Of a stretch of 37,119 nt of DNA, positions 25,449 to 35,896 are shown piece by piece. The stretch is taken from positions 1 through 37,119 of the IMG/VR virus record IMGVR_UViG_3300029159_000013, one strand, 5' to 3'. The stretch is from a virus. The notes beneath the pieces are model-generated. The model was given only the letters and a program-made list of their open reading frames with translations, did not search any database and had not been told where the DNA came from. Every line of letters begins with the position of its first letter. Position 1 is the first letter of the stretch. The position numbers and the translations under genes are program-made.

Positions 25449-25665
25449 TTTTATTTCCTCCAATTCCTCGAAAGAGGGTTTTATTTTGTTCTTCCAATCG
25501 ACTAATGCGCACTTCATGGTTATTTAATCGGTCAACAGCCTGTTTTAGTTCTTTCATGCTATCTTCTAATTGAGAGAAGACATGATAGAATTTCATTAAT
25601 GCGAAGATAATTCCGCTTAAAAATGTAATCACCGCTAACCATTGTTCTAGTGTTAAGTTCATCAT
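25441..25665 (-). CDS. Small TM plus coiled-coil protein upstream of the holin (lysis accessory? XhlA-like architecture).
   Basis: N-terminal TM helix WLAVITFLSGIIFALM followed by a coiled coil. 8-nt overlap with the holin start. Confidence 0.45.
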   Translation of the reverse strand: MMNLTLEQWLAVITFLSGIIFALMKFYHVFSQLEDSMKELKQAVDRLNNHEVRISRLEEQNKTLFRGIGGNKND

Positions 25666-25736
25666 GCACCTACTTTCTACTTACAATAAAACCGCCTAGC
25701 TTTTGCTAAACGGTTACTCTAAAATTAATTTAAATC

Positions 25737-27509
25737 TTACTTAGTAAATGACCCATTACTATTAGCTTTTAGTTTAACCACGGTACCATTCCCAACATTT
25801 CCAATTTTTGGATATGGATCATCCGTAGTCCATGTACAAACGCCATATTGATTACCAAATTGACCCGACATAAAAGTCACACGATTTGGATAATCATTGT
25901 TTCCTGGTTCTAGGTGCATTTTTACTACTTTTTGAGTACTAGGTGTAGCCGTTGAATTAACAGCGAACGGAATGTTCCATATTGCGCCCAAATCTTCAGC
26001 GCCAGTTGCGTAAGTAGCTCTAAATCCTTCTGGAATTTGTAACAAGACATTGTTTTTTGGTTCAGTATCAGTTTTTGCCACGTTTACACGTATATGACAT
26101 GTAACAACATTTCCAATCCTTATACACGTTACTTCAAGTTGACTTACCACATTTGTATCTGGAGAACCTGATTGTTTATATACAAATTTGTCAAACTGTC
26201 CATTATCAACAATCATTTTGTTCCAAGTTGTCCAAGTAGCAGGACTACCTTGTCTACTCCTAATATACGTTTCGCCTTTATAAATATAAGTTTGATTGAT
26301 GAATGTATTATCTGCATATACAACGAGTACACCGTACACAGCACCGTCATAAGGCCTATTAATTCCTGAAGCACCAAACACTGTGTAAATTCCTTTGTCT
26401 AAAATTTCATCCCAGTCCTGCGCCTTAATCACAGTTTTTTTAGCAACTAATGCTCCATTTTCTATATCAGTTAAGTTTACAACACTGTCTGTAGTAGCCA
26501 AAATTTTGAACGGACTATTTTGAGAAGAATTAGGAGAAGTCGTTCTAAATGCAATTAAAGGTGTTGTTAACGAATTCATTCTAATTTCTTGATACATAGA
26601 TCCTGCAGTGCCCGCAATGGCATGTTGATAAACATATAGAGCAGAATATTTAAATTCAGGTGGCAAATCTGCTTTGTCAGTCATTGTTCCCGCAACTATA
26701 GCATTTAGATAATAAAAACCAGCATAACCTGATAATTCTTTAAATGAAGTTACTCCCTTTGGCAAAGGCAGACCTGAACCATCATCATTAGTTAGCTTTT
26801 TATTTTGAATGTCAAGGTTTTCCGTCTTACTTAAAAATCTATTATCAGCTTCCTGCTTCGTATAGAAGTTTCCCTCTTTAAACTTTTCAAGTGCTGCATC
26901 AACTTCATCTGTTACTGACTTCCCAATGGCTGAAATGCGACCTTCTGCATCTACCAATATATCTGTTATTTGTTTTTTTAGCGTATTTAAATCTACCTTG
27001 ATCGCTTCAATACGTTTTTCAACATTATCATAGTCAGTATTCATTTTATTTAGTGCAGCTTGATATGCTTCATTCAAAGATTTTACAAGTTTATTGTATT
27101 CAGTAATAATTGTTTCAGCTTCTTCGGCATCAATGTCAGCATTTCCTTTAACAATGATTTTAAAGTCTCCCGTAGTGTCTCTTTTCCCGTCTTTTTGAAA
27201 CGAAAAATATGCCCTTTTGTACGTCCCTTCTACGCTAAACGCTGCACTAGGAAACGTGTATTCAAATGTTCCTTTTTGCAATCCAGCGTTATTGGAAGAA
27301 ACGTTTTCAGAATCAAAAACTTTCACTTTTCCGCCTGCAGGTTCTCCCTCAAAGGTGATGATTCCACCCGATAAATCTGCTATCTCATCTCGTCGAGAAA
27401 TTTTCACAGTAATTGTTTGCATTTTTTCATCGCCAACACGACCATAAATAATTGGTGGCATGATTGGATCCTTTGAAAAATCGAGATTTAATATCTTATT
27501 CGCCATCAA
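25737..27509 (-). CDS. Receptor-binding / baseplate upper protein (BppU-like N-terminus, coiled-coil neck, C-terminal head domain).
   Basis: AYFSFQKDGKR...FKIIVKGNA resembles the BppU N-domain. Position after Tal. Confidence 0.6.
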   Translation of the reverse strand: MMANKILNLDFSKDPIMPPIIYGRVGDEKMQTITVKISRRDEIADLSGGIITFEGEPAGGKVKVFDSENVSSNNAGLQKGTFEYTFPSAAFSVEGTYKRAYFSFQKDGKRDTTGDFKIIVKGNADIDAEEAETIITEYNKLVKSLNEAYQAALNKMNTDYDNVEKRIEAIKVDLNTLKKQITDILVDAEGRISAIGKSVTDEVDAALEKFKEGNFYTKQEADNRFLSKTENLDIQNKKLTNDDGSGLPLPKGVTSFKELSGYAGFYYLNAIVAGTMTDKADLPPEFKYSALYVYQHAIAGTAGSMYQEIRMNSLTTPLIAFRTTSPNSSQNSPFKILATTDSVVNLTDIENGALVAKKTVIKAQDWDEILDKGIYTVFGASGINRPYDGAVYGVLVVYADNTFINQTYIYKGETYIRSRQGSPATWTTWNKMIVDNGQFDKFVYKQSGSPDTNVVSQLEVTCIRIGNVVTCHIRVNVAKTDTEPKNNVLLQIPEGFRATYATGAEDLGAIWNIPFAVNSTATPSTQKVVKMHLEPGNNDYPNRVTFMSGQFGNQYGVCTWTTDDPYPKIGNVGNGTVVKLKANSNGSFTK

Positions 27510-29791
27510 ATCCCTCCTCTATGATATTTTCTTCTATTCTTGTTAGGCTTGTTTATTTTTTTTTCTAATTGTTCAATTTTTTCAATAAGCTGTTTATTAG
27601 TTAAACTGTTAAGCATCACTTGTTTATTCATATCTAAACTTAAATAGTGGTCTTCATTATGTTTAACACTTAAAAATGGTGAATATTGAGCAATTAGCCC
27701 AAGTTCTCTTTTATTAGAAGGCTGTTCTATTGGATTATTACTTTTATAGTTTTGCTTTCTATCAAATTCCACAAAGTTTAACTTTTTGGTTTCTTTGATA
27801 CCATCAATCTTCGTATCTGTTATATTCTCCTTTAGCCGAACATCTGATTGATTTAGAATTGAAAAACCATTCATGTTTAAATTAGAGTAAAATCCTAAGT
27901 TAACATTGTTATTCACTGTAAATTTTGTACTAACACTAGTATTTACCAATGTTGAATTTTTTATTTCTCCAGATCCTCCAACATAACTTCCACCCATGTT
28001 TAAATTTGATATTTGAACCCCTGCGTCAAAAACTGTAAAATGTCTCGCAACATCGTTCCCTGAGACTTTTTTTGCTCCGACACTTGCTAACACTCCTGGT
28101 TCAGAATAAATATGGATTTCTTCTTTACCTAAAGAAGTAGAAAATGCTCTACCCAGACCTCCTAACTTATTTAAAGTGCCTTCTTTGTTAAATCGCACAC
28201 CATCAGAATTTAGTTGCATCAATTCAATTTCTCTAGAATCATATATTGAAAATTTGTTAGCATCCATTGTTGATTTTAAAACATTATTATTGTAGTTCTT
28301 GATAGCTCCCTTTGACATTATAATTTTGTTATAGCCACTTTCACTTGTAATGTCACTACCTGTAATTGTCACACCTATAATGTTAATAGCTCTCAATGTT
28401 CCTGTAGCCATCCTGTCTGCAACAATTAGCCCATTATTTGTCATTGCTAACTCATAGTTACCGTTATATCCAGTTGAGCTAAATCCCAGCCCTCCAACAT
28501 TCCACCGCCAGACTTTTCTAGCAGTATTTATACTTGTCGTATCCATAATTAATAGTTCTTGAGGATCTGCAAGCGACGGATATATGAGCACATGACCTTT
28601 TCCTGGATTTTTGATAATATCAGATGCTTCTTTTTGCGCTTGTTCAAGCCAATCTATTTTGTCTGACAAATCATTAATATTTTCTTTTGAGTCTTCAATT
28701 ACTTTAGCAAAATCAGTTCTCGCTTCACCTAATTCGATTGACTCATATTGATCTAAAGAAATATTCCACACAGTTTTTACAATTTGTGCCGTTGTATTAA
28801 TGTTTAGTTGATTAAACGCAACCGTTACCCAATCACATAAATCTACAACCTCAAGGCTTTTAAGTTGTTCATCTGAGACGGAACTCGCTAAGTCTACATA
28901 ACTAGCTTTTATACTTACACGAGGAATCCCCACATTATTAGACTTAATAAACGATTTAACCATGCCGCGTAAAGCTTCAACATCTTTTGGCTCTTTATCA
29001 CTAAAATCAACCATTTGTATTCTACGTTCCGTATAATTACTGACATAGTCACTATCAATATATATTTCTGGTAGAGTGATTACTTTTTCATCATCGCCAT
29101 TACCAATTTTAGCCCAGCCATATATTGAAGTATACGTATTTTCAATGGATTCCTCTTGATTAATATCTGTTAAATTTTTACCGTAGGCAATGACTACATT
29201 CGTATCGGTACCGGCTTTTGCTAACAAGCGAACTTGATTATTATTAAAAAGATATTCCCCACCGAAATTATCTAAAATTGAACCAGCGACACCGCCTAAA
29301 ACTTCTTGCGCATTTTTATATTTTGCGGGGTCTGTAAAATCAATTGAAGATGTAGTCCCCACATCACTGTAAAAAGTAAAATCACTTTTAGGCTCCATCT
29401 GACTTCTTAATTGATTCAATGCTGTTTGTGCCGAAATATTAGAATATTTGGAACCGATTTTTACCATTGTGCGCAACAATTTATAGCGATAATGCTCACA
29501 GTAAACAGTGACAATCCCTTTGATTGGTTTTGTAATTTGTGCAATTTCAAACCGTTGACTTTTAGCGACCAATGTCGGTCCAGCATCAGCGACTATCCAT
29601 CTTCCTACTTTCAGCTCATGAAACAAATTCCCTACCACTGGATACTGGAATGTCATATCATAAATACCATTACGTTCCCTTGTAGAAAGAGGATTTATTG
29701 CATCTTGTAAAGGACCTATGCCTAGGGAGTTCCAATTGTTATTTTTCTTATCATGTAAAATAATCGTGCTCATACGGCTAAAGTCCTCCAT
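27506..29791 (-). CDS. Tail-associated lysin / Tal (prophage tail endopeptidase family).
   Basis: 761 aa, directly after Dit. N-terminal region typical of siphovirus Tal proteins. Confidence 0.65.
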   Translation of the reverse strand: MEDFSRMSTIILHDKKNNNWNSLGIGPLQDAINPLSTRERNGIYDMTFQYPVVGNLFHELKVGRWIVADAGPTLVAKSQRFEIAQITKPIKGIVTVYCEHYRYKLLRTMVKIGSKYSNISAQTALNQLRSQMEPKSDFTFYSDVGTTSSIDFTDPAKYKNAQEVLGGVAGSILDNFGGEYLFNNNQVRLLAKAGTDTNVVIAYGKNLTDINQEESIENTYTSIYGWAKIGNGDDEKVITLPEIYIDSDYVSNYTERRIQMVDFSDKEPKDVEALRGMVKSFIKSNNVGIPRVSIKASYVDLASSVSDEQLKSLEVVDLCDWVTVAFNQLNINTTAQIVKTVWNISLDQYESIELGEARTDFAKVIEDSKENINDLSDKIDWLEQAQKEASDIIKNPGKGHVLIYPSLADPQELLIMDTTSINTARKVWRWNVGGLGFSSTGYNGNYELAMTNNGLIVADRMATGTLRAINIIGVTITGSDITSESGYNKIIMSKGAIKNYNNNVLKSTMDANKFSIYDSREIELMQLNSDGVRFNKEGTLNKLGGLGRAFSTSLGKEEIHIYSEPGVLASVGAKKVSGNDVARHFTVFDAGVQISNLNMGGSYVGGSGEIKNSTLVNTSVSTKFTVNNNVNLGFYSNLNMNGFSILNQSDVRLKENITDTKIDGIKETKKLNFVEFDRKQNYKSNNPIEQPSNKRELGLIAQYSPFLSVKHNEDHYLSLDMNKQVMLNSLTNKQLIEKIEQLEKKINKPNKNRRKYHRGGI

Positions 29792-30531
29792 TTTGGCTTA
29801 ATTTTAAAATCAGTGATATAGGTATAATTGATAATGCTTTCGCCTGGGGGCAGAGTGATTGGGTTATAACCATCTGTATTTAAAAAGCAATATTTTGTGA
29901 TATTAAGGCCACCATCTTTATAAGCAATGCCTTCTTCGCAATCTAGCGTAATTTTTCCTGTTCCAGCTTCTTTTGCAATCCTGAATTGTTGGCCATTAAT
30001 ATAAATATTACTATCTTGTGTACTACTAGTTTTATTGAAAGTTATAATTGGCAGACTAGAAAAAGCTTCTGGATTCCTAATACCACCTCCACTTTTTATA
30101 TCTCTTTCATCATCACCATCAAGACGAAAAACGAACGGCTGGCACTTAAAAACAAAATCAACATCTAACCAACTTCTTGTTTTGTCTGCTGCATCTACTT
30201 TGCTGTAGCCTAGCGCTTTATAATAGTACTCGCTGTATTCACTAAAAATAAGTGGGGCATAATCTTTCGATAAATAAAGCCACGCAGCTATATCCCTTAA
30301 CTGCGCAGCAATGGTTGTATCTGGTTGTTTATAAAGTCTTACCGGAAAGACTTTCTCAATGTCGTTATATTTTCCTTTATCGTATATGACATCGGAATTT
30401 CTTCCGTCAATTTCTGTAAACTGCAGAGCGGCTTCTGGAATAGTAAACGTCATTTCGTTTCTTATTCGCATAGCGAATTCATTCGATTTTTTTCCTCTAA
30501 ATTGAAAATATGGATAATTCGTTAAATCCAT
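29770..30531 (-). CDS. Distal tail protein (Dit).
   Basis: 253 aa, immediately downstream of the tape-measure protein. Confidence 0.65.
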   Translation of the reverse strand: MDLTNYPYFQFRGKKSNEFAMRIRNEMTFTIPEAALQFTEIDGRNSDVIYDKGKYNDIEKVFPVRLYKQPDTTIAAQLRDIAAWLYLSKDYAPLIFSEYSEYYYKALGYSKVDAADKTRSWLDVDFVFKCQPFVFRLDGDDERDIKSGGGIRNPEAFSSLPIITFNKTSSTQDSNIYINGQQFRIAKEAGTGKITLDCEEGIAYKDGGLNITKYCFLNTDGYNPITLPPGESIINYTYITDFKIKPKWRTLAV

Positions 30532-33500
30532 TATAGCCGCCCCCTTGTTTGTCGTTCTGTGAGTGTTGCCAATTGTTGAGAAGTTTCTTCAATTGATTTC
30601 TCATTAGAAAGATCTGCATGTTCAATGTTTATATTGATTGTAGGATTGTAGGTTTTCGCAAAGTTGCTATTATTTACAATTTGGCTACCCAAATTAGCAG
30701 CGCCCATCATATTTGTGTTTAATGCTAATTCTGGACTAGTAAAGTTAAAATTTGAAAAAGCATTGTCAAATGAGAGTTCCTTAGAAATAGAATCTGCCAT
30801 ATTAGAAGTAAGATGTTTAACATTATCAAATCCTGCTATTATTCCCTTTTCTAAACCAAACATTAGTGCAGAACCATTATCAATTAAAACTTTTTTATCA
30901 TATGGAATTGGACCTTTTAAACTAGCGATAGTATCTGCGATACCACTAACAAAGCCTTTAACTTTTTCAAATCCCCATTTTATTCCTTTTAGTAATCCAC
31001 CCATTAAAGATGTACCTGCATCCCATAGTTCATCTCCAACAATTGCAGAACCTAAACTATTTACTAATCTTTTTACTGCCTCTCTAGCCTCTTCTTTATT
31101 ATTATCAATACCCTCTGCTAAACCATTAATTAATCGTATAGCTGCTTTCCACATTCTATCTGAGAAATTAATAATATTCTCAACTAATTTATCGACTAAA
31201 TCAGCGGCTGCATTTACTAATCGGTATAAATTATTTCCAATTCCTTCTATACATTTCACTACTAAATCCATACCTGCATCAACGATTCGTGATAGATTAT
31301 TAGAAATACCTTGTAGTACGCTAACGATTAACGTCACTCCGGCATCAATGATATCAGGCATTCTAGAAGATAATCCATTTAAGAAATTAATCATCAAATT
31401 AACAGCTGCATCGATAATATCTCCCATTCTATTACCGATTGCATTAACAAAATTAACGATAATACTAATTGCTTCATTAGTGACTCTGCCAATATTATTT
31501 GCAATTCCACGAAGAAAATTAACCAGCAAATTGAAACCAGCTTGCAAAATATCTGGCAAATGTTTATTCAACTCTGAAAGCCACGTGATAATTAATGTAG
31601 CCATATTTTGCACTACTTTAGGTAATTGTTCTGTTATACCTTGAAGCAATGCATTTATTAAACTAGCTCCAGCTCCTAACAACTTTGGTAATGCTTCAGT
31701 AAGTGAACCTAAAAAAGTAGTAATAATCGTCGTTGCTGATTCTATGATAGTCGGCATAACTAATAAGATACCGTTAGTCAGTGCATTGATTATTTGTACT
31801 GCAGATTGAGCAATGATAGGCAACAGCGTGACTATTCCATTAGTAAACGCCATTATCAGTTCTCCCGCAGATACTACAATGCTTGGCAATCCTTGTGCGA
31901 TACCAGAAATAAAACCAGACACTACTTGTAAAGCTCCAGTAATAATACCTGGTAAAGCATTGGCAATCGCACCTAAAATTCCTTGTAGCGCTGTACCAAA
32001 ATTTGTACCTAATTGTGGCCCATAAGTTTTGATTCCTTCAGCTAATCCTTTAAAAGAATTCATAATTGTATCAATACCTTTATTTACATCTCCGCCACCC
32101 AGAGCTTTTGCTAGTAATTCAAAAACTTTTATAAAAAGACCAACGGGACCCATCATTCCTAGGATAACCATTTTAAGAATTTTTAAACCTACACCAACTA
32201 TATCAAATGATTTTCCAACTCTCTCAGTTGGGTTTATAAGTTTTTTTAGAGAATCTATCACATTTTTTATTGCTTTACCGATTTTCATGATATTTTGCTC
32301 ACCTTTGACGGTGAATGCTCCTTCAAGAAAATTACTTAATTCGCTCATATTTTTAATTGAACCAGACATTATTTTTCCGATTGCCTTTATCCCAAGTTTC
32401 ATATCATTAATTTTTCCAGTAAAATTAATCATTCCTTGCCAAAGACTTTCAGGAAATAGCTTAATAAATTGAGACCTTAATTCCGCGATTTTCTCTCCTG
32501 GACCATTGGTTAGCATTTCAACAAAGCCTTTACTTAAAAGCTTTAATCCTTTAAATACTTGATCAATGGGTTTCATGAACGATTTTAAAGTCGACACCAT
32601 TCCATCAACCTTATTCCTAAAAGTATCTGAAGTTTTATAAAAATAGATGAAAGCTGCGATTAATGCACCAATTCCAGCGATAACTACAGCAAAAGGATTT
32701 GCCATCATAGCCACTTTCATTAATGAGAAAGCCGTTTTGACACCATTAATTGCTGTTTTAACACTGTTCATAATTCCGATAGTTGCTTTGAAAGCAATAA
32801 AGCCTGCTATAGCACCAACAATAACAGAACCTAGAAATTTAATTATTTGAGCATTTTTACTAATAAGTTCAAACAATTTATCAAAAATAGGAAATTTATC
32901 GCCAATTGAGTCTAATAGTTCTGCAAATGCCGCTTTTACATGAGGAATAGAAGCTTTGACAAAAGTAACAATCGCTCTTGGTAATGCTTTTAATATATTT
33001 CCAATCATGGGAATAAAGTTACCGAAAAGAAATGTGGCCGTTGTTTCTGCTAACTGATTTAAAGAAGGTTGGATATCTTGTCCAAGAGCCATTTTACCAA
33101 GTACATTAGATAAAGAAGCTTTCATAGCTGCGAATGAACCGCTAAGTGTCTCTGCCGCTTCTTTTGCTGTAGTTCCTGTGATATCAAGATTTTCTTGTAT
33201 TGCGTGAATGGCATTGTATACATCACTTAGGTTACTAATATCATATTTAACGCCTGTAAGTTTTTCGGCATCAGAGAGTAGTCGTTGCATCTCTTCTTTT
33301 GTACCACCGTAACCTAATTTCAAGTTATCAAGCATTGTATAGTTTTGCTTTGCAAAACCTTGATAGGCATTTTGAATATCTTGCATATTTGTACCCATTT
33401 TGTTGGCGTTGTCAGACATATCAATCATAGCCATATTTGCAACATCTGCTGCTTTTTCTGTATCGCCACCAACAGATTGTAGTAAACTAGCGCTAAAACT

Positions 33501-33851
33501 TGTTACGTTTTCCATATATGCATTCGCTGATAACCCAGATGTTTTATACGCTTCATCTGCATACTTTTTTACTTTGTCCGCACTACCTTTGAATAATGTT
33601 TCAATCCCACCGAGGGATTGTTGTAGATTTGCTCCTTCTGAAATTGCGGTAGAGAATGCAGTTTTAATTGATGAAATAGCTTTGCCTACAACTGCAGAAG
33701 CAACTTTTACTAATCCCATTGAGATAGCTAAATTTTTTATAGAAAAACCAGCTTTGTCACTACTGCCTTCCAATTGATCTAGCTGGCTGTTAAGCCCAGC
33801 TACACTTTTACCATTAACATCAACATCAATTACAACTTGCCCATCAGCCAT
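30531..33851 (-). CDS. Tail tape-measure protein.
   Basis: 1106 aa. Ala/Gly/Ile-rich helical repeats. Follows the gpG/gpT chaperone pair. Confidence 0.85.
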   Translation of the reverse strand: MADGQVVIDVDVNGKSVAGLNSQLDQLEGSSDKAGFSIKNLAISMGLVKVASAVVGKAISSIKTAFSTAISEGANLQQSLGGIETLFKGSADKVKKYADEAYKTSGLSANAYMENVTSFSASLLQSVGGDTEKAADVANMAMIDMSDNANKMGTNMQDIQNAYQGFAKQNYTMLDNLKLGYGGTKEEMQRLLSDAEKLTGVKYDISNLSDVYNAIHAIQENLDITGTTAKEAAETLSGSFAAMKASLSNVLGKMALGQDIQPSLNQLAETTATFLFGNFIPMIGNILKALPRAIVTFVKASIPHVKAAFAELLDSIGDKFPIFDKLFELISKNAQIIKFLGSVIVGAIAGFIAFKATIGIMNSVKTAINGVKTAFSLMKVAMMANPFAVVIAGIGALIAAFIYFYKTSDTFRNKVDGMVSTLKSFMKPIDQVFKGLKLLSKGFVEMLTNGPGEKIAELRSQFIKLFPESLWQGMINFTGKINDMKLGIKAIGKIMSGSIKNMSELSNFLEGAFTVKGEQNIMKIGKAIKNVIDSLKKLINPTERVGKSFDIVGVGLKILKMVILGMMGPVGLFIKVFELLAKALGGGDVNKGIDTIMNSFKGLAEGIKTYGPQLGTNFGTALQGILGAIANALPGIITGALQVVSGFISGIAQGLPSIVVSAGELIMAFTNGIVTLLPIIAQSAVQIINALTNGILLVMPTIIESATTIITTFLGSLTEALPKLLGAGASLINALLQGITEQLPKVVQNMATLIITWLSELNKHLPDILQAGFNLLVNFLRGIANNIGRVTNEAISIIVNFVNAIGNRMGDIIDAAVNLMINFLNGLSSRMPDIIDAGVTLIVSVLQGISNNLSRIVDAGMDLVVKCIEGIGNNLYRLVNAAADLVDKLVENIINFSDRMWKAAIRLINGLAEGIDNNKEEAREAVKRLVNSLGSAIVGDELWDAGTSLMGGLLKGIKWGFEKVKGFVSGIADTIASLKGPIPYDKKVLIDNGSALMFGLEKGIIAGFDNVKHLTSNMADSISKELSFDNAFSNFNFTSPELALNTNMMGAANLGSQIVNNSNFAKTYNPTININIEHADLSNEKSIEETSQQLATLTERQTRGRL

Positions 33852-34425
33852 CTTCTTCCTCCTCTCCTAAGTCAGTATTAGGTAAGGCATATTTCCTTTT
33901 TAACTCTCGCATTCGACGTTTTTCTTTACTTGATTCCCCTTTTTGAGGTTCCCAATTCCTAATCTGAATAATCCTCTGCATAATACAATTATCTGGTAGA
34001 CTCTCTAAAAGTGCTTGAAACTCTTCCCAACTCATTTTTCCTTGTTCTTCGAAAAGATTAATACCAATTTGACGAAAAGAAGCATAGATATACTTGGCAT
34101 CATAAACCAAATCTATATCTTTACTATTTATTTTAGTTGGTAATTCATTGCCTAATTCATCAGTTTCAACTTCGGAATGTTGACCTAAAAGCAGGTATTC
34201 ATCATAAACGTATTTAAACATTTCAAATTTTTGTAGTATATCTAAATCAACTTCCCCAACTAAGATTAGAATCGAAAGTTCAATCTTATCTTCTAATATC
34301 AAACTCTCATCTTGTATTATTTCAAAAACATCAAGGACATGATCAAACGCTAAGTTTATTGGAAATTCTTTGCCCAAAAACGAAAAGGATGTAGTCAGCG
34401 GATTATTCAACCGCATAATACTCAT
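33844..34425 (-). CDS. Tail assembly chaperone, gpT-like frame. Probably expressed as a G-T fusion by -1 frameshift.
   Basis: Lies in the -1 frame relative to the upstream gpG-like ORF. Acidic C-terminus. Confidence 0.6.
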   Translation of the reverse strand: MSIMRLNNPLTTSFSFLGKEFPINLAFDHVLDVFEIIQDESLILEDKIELSILILVGEVDLDILQKFEMFKYVYDEYLLLGQHSEVETDELGNELPTKINSKDIDLVYDAKYIYASFRQIGINLFEEQGKMSWEEFQALLESLPDNCIMQRIIQIRNWEPQKGESSKEKRRMRELKRKYALPNTDLGEEEEDG

Positions 34426-34841
34426 CCTTTCTTTTTGCTAACTTTTTTTAGATATTCTTGTTTTAATTTTTTTGATTTTTTACCACGCTCATCTAATAAT
34501 TCAGTCTGTTTCTTAGTGTATTCTTCAATAGATTCACTAATACCTACTGATAAATCGTAAAAGGCGTTTAGCCATGCGATTATGTCTGGGATGTCTTTAT
34601 ACAAAATTGCAAACGTACCTTCACCAAGTACGGAATCATACCCTTTTGTCAACACAGAAATATATAATTCATCACTCATTTCCTCAGAATTTTCATCTAA
34701 GTCTTTCAGTTCTTGTACGACTTTATCGTACGTTTCTTCATATTCTTTTATATGCTCTAATGAACAATCAAAGAAAAATTCGTGCCCAGCAATTTTCACT
34801 GGAAAACCAGTACGCTCTACTTTAATCTCTAATGCTTTCAT
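34422..34841 (-). CDS. Tail assembly chaperone (gpG-like).
   Basis: 139 aa, acidic. Between the major tail region and the TMP. Confidence 0.65.
   Translation of the reverse strand: MKALEIKVERTGFPVKIAGHEFFFDCSLEHIKEYEETYDKVVQELKDLDENSEEMSDELYISVLTKGYDSVLGEGTFAILYKDIPDIIAWLNAFYDLSVGISESIEEYTKKQTELLDERGKKSKKLKQEYLKKVSKKKG
34431..34437 (-). promoter_or_regulatory. Candidate -1 programmed frameshift site C-AAA-AAG near the end of the gpG-like ORF.
   Basis: The AAA-AAG Lys-Lys slippery motif is 2 codons before the gpG stop. The -1 frame is open from here into the gpT-like ORF. Confidence 0.45.
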
Positions 34842-34893
34842 TTAATTACCTCCATAAAAAAGGACAGCCAAATAGCTGCCCTTATTTTCGTAT

Positions 34894-35346
34894 TTATGCT
34901 TGATTATTTAGTGTTAAGGTATGTTGTGCTGTTTTCTTACCATCCTCTGTTTCGCCTTTGGTAACATAATTACCAGCCGGTACTGCTTCTGTCCAAGTAA
35001 TATAACCTGTTTCAGAGACAGCAAGACCTTCTGTTACAGGCGTAATAGAATAGTTTACTTTTTTATTTGTAGCATTTTCAGGCAAAACAGTTGCTGTGAT
35101 TTGTCGGCTACCTGCAGTACCCGCATTTGCTGTGGACGTTTTAGGAGAAAACTCTAAGCCTGTTACAGCAATTGGCGATGTTTTAAATGACGGTACATCT
35201 ACTTTTTCGCCGCCGTCTGCAAAACCTACTTTGTATGTTCCTGATGGAACGTCGGTGTTTGGCTCAATACCTGTAATTTCTAGAGGGCTTGGACTAGCCG
35301 GAACAATGACTTCCTCACCTTTATAAACAATATACTCTCTAGCCAT
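34894..35346 (-). CDS. Ig-like (Big_2) domain protein, a tail decoration/accessory protein.
   Basis: ITATVLPENATNKKVNYSITPVTEGLAVSETGYITW resembles bacterial Ig-like domain group 2. Own RBS AAAGGAG. Confidence 0.55.
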   Translation of the reverse strand: MAREYIVYKGEEVIVPASPSPLEITGIEPNTDVPSGTYKVGFADGGEKVDVPSFKTSPIAVTGLEFSPKTSTANAGTAGSRQITATVLPENATNKKVNYSITPVTEGLAVSETGYITWTEAVPAGNYVTKGETEDGKKTAQHTLTLNNQA

Positions 35347-35416
35347 TCTTATTCTCCTTTCTCCATTTCAATGATTACCCCAGTTTTAGTCGGAGTCATT
35401 TTACCGATTACTGGGG

Positions 35417-35896
35417 TTATACTTTTGGGGTGATATTAGGTAAGGTATCAAAGGTAATCGTGCAGCTGAAATCTTCATACTCTGTCGCATCTCCTGCACC
35501 AGCGACAATATCTGTTACTGTTGCACGCCCTACATAAGTATCGCCATTCGTCATAATAATTTTATGCCAAATCTTACGATTTTCTCCAATTTTGTATTTT
35601 TTACTTGCAATTAATTTTTGTGCGGGATCTTCTGGGTCATAAAATCCTTCAGGACTATAAGCACCAGAAACAGAAGTCACTGTAGTTTCTGGTGTACCAT
35701 CGCCATCATAGAAACCTGCATCGTCCGTTTCTTCATCGGTATCATCGCCAATTGAACTAATGTACTTGGCAAGACGTTTCCACTCTAACTCGGTAGTTGG
35801 TGCTGTTTCTTTCCCAGGTACATACTCAGCAATAAAATGCTGCCGTTTTGCATTTTTGTTCCGTGCAAACATTTGAATATTCATTTTTAATAACAT
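35417..35896 (-). CDS. Major tail protein.
   Basis: 159 aa. Strong RBS AAGGAGG. Upstream of the chaperones and TMP. Confidence 0.55.
   Translation of the reverse strand: MLLKMNIQMFARNKNAKRQHFIAEYVPGKETAPTTELEWKRLAKYISSIGDDTDEETDDAGFYDGDGTPETTVTSVSGAYSPEGFYDPEDPAQKLIASKKYKIGENRKIWHKIIMTNGDTYVGRATVTDIVAGAGDATEYEDFSCTITFDTLPNITPKV

Noticed and set aside
30664-31644. 326-aa plus-strand ORF (and further plus ORFs at 31813..32025, 32029..32472, 32647..32850, 33400..33777) antisense to the tape-measure gene
   Set aside because: Low-complexity I/L/P/S-rich translation typical of shadow ORFs opposite an Ala/Gly/Ile-rich TMP gene. No RBS. They are entirely inside a well-supported minus-strand gene.
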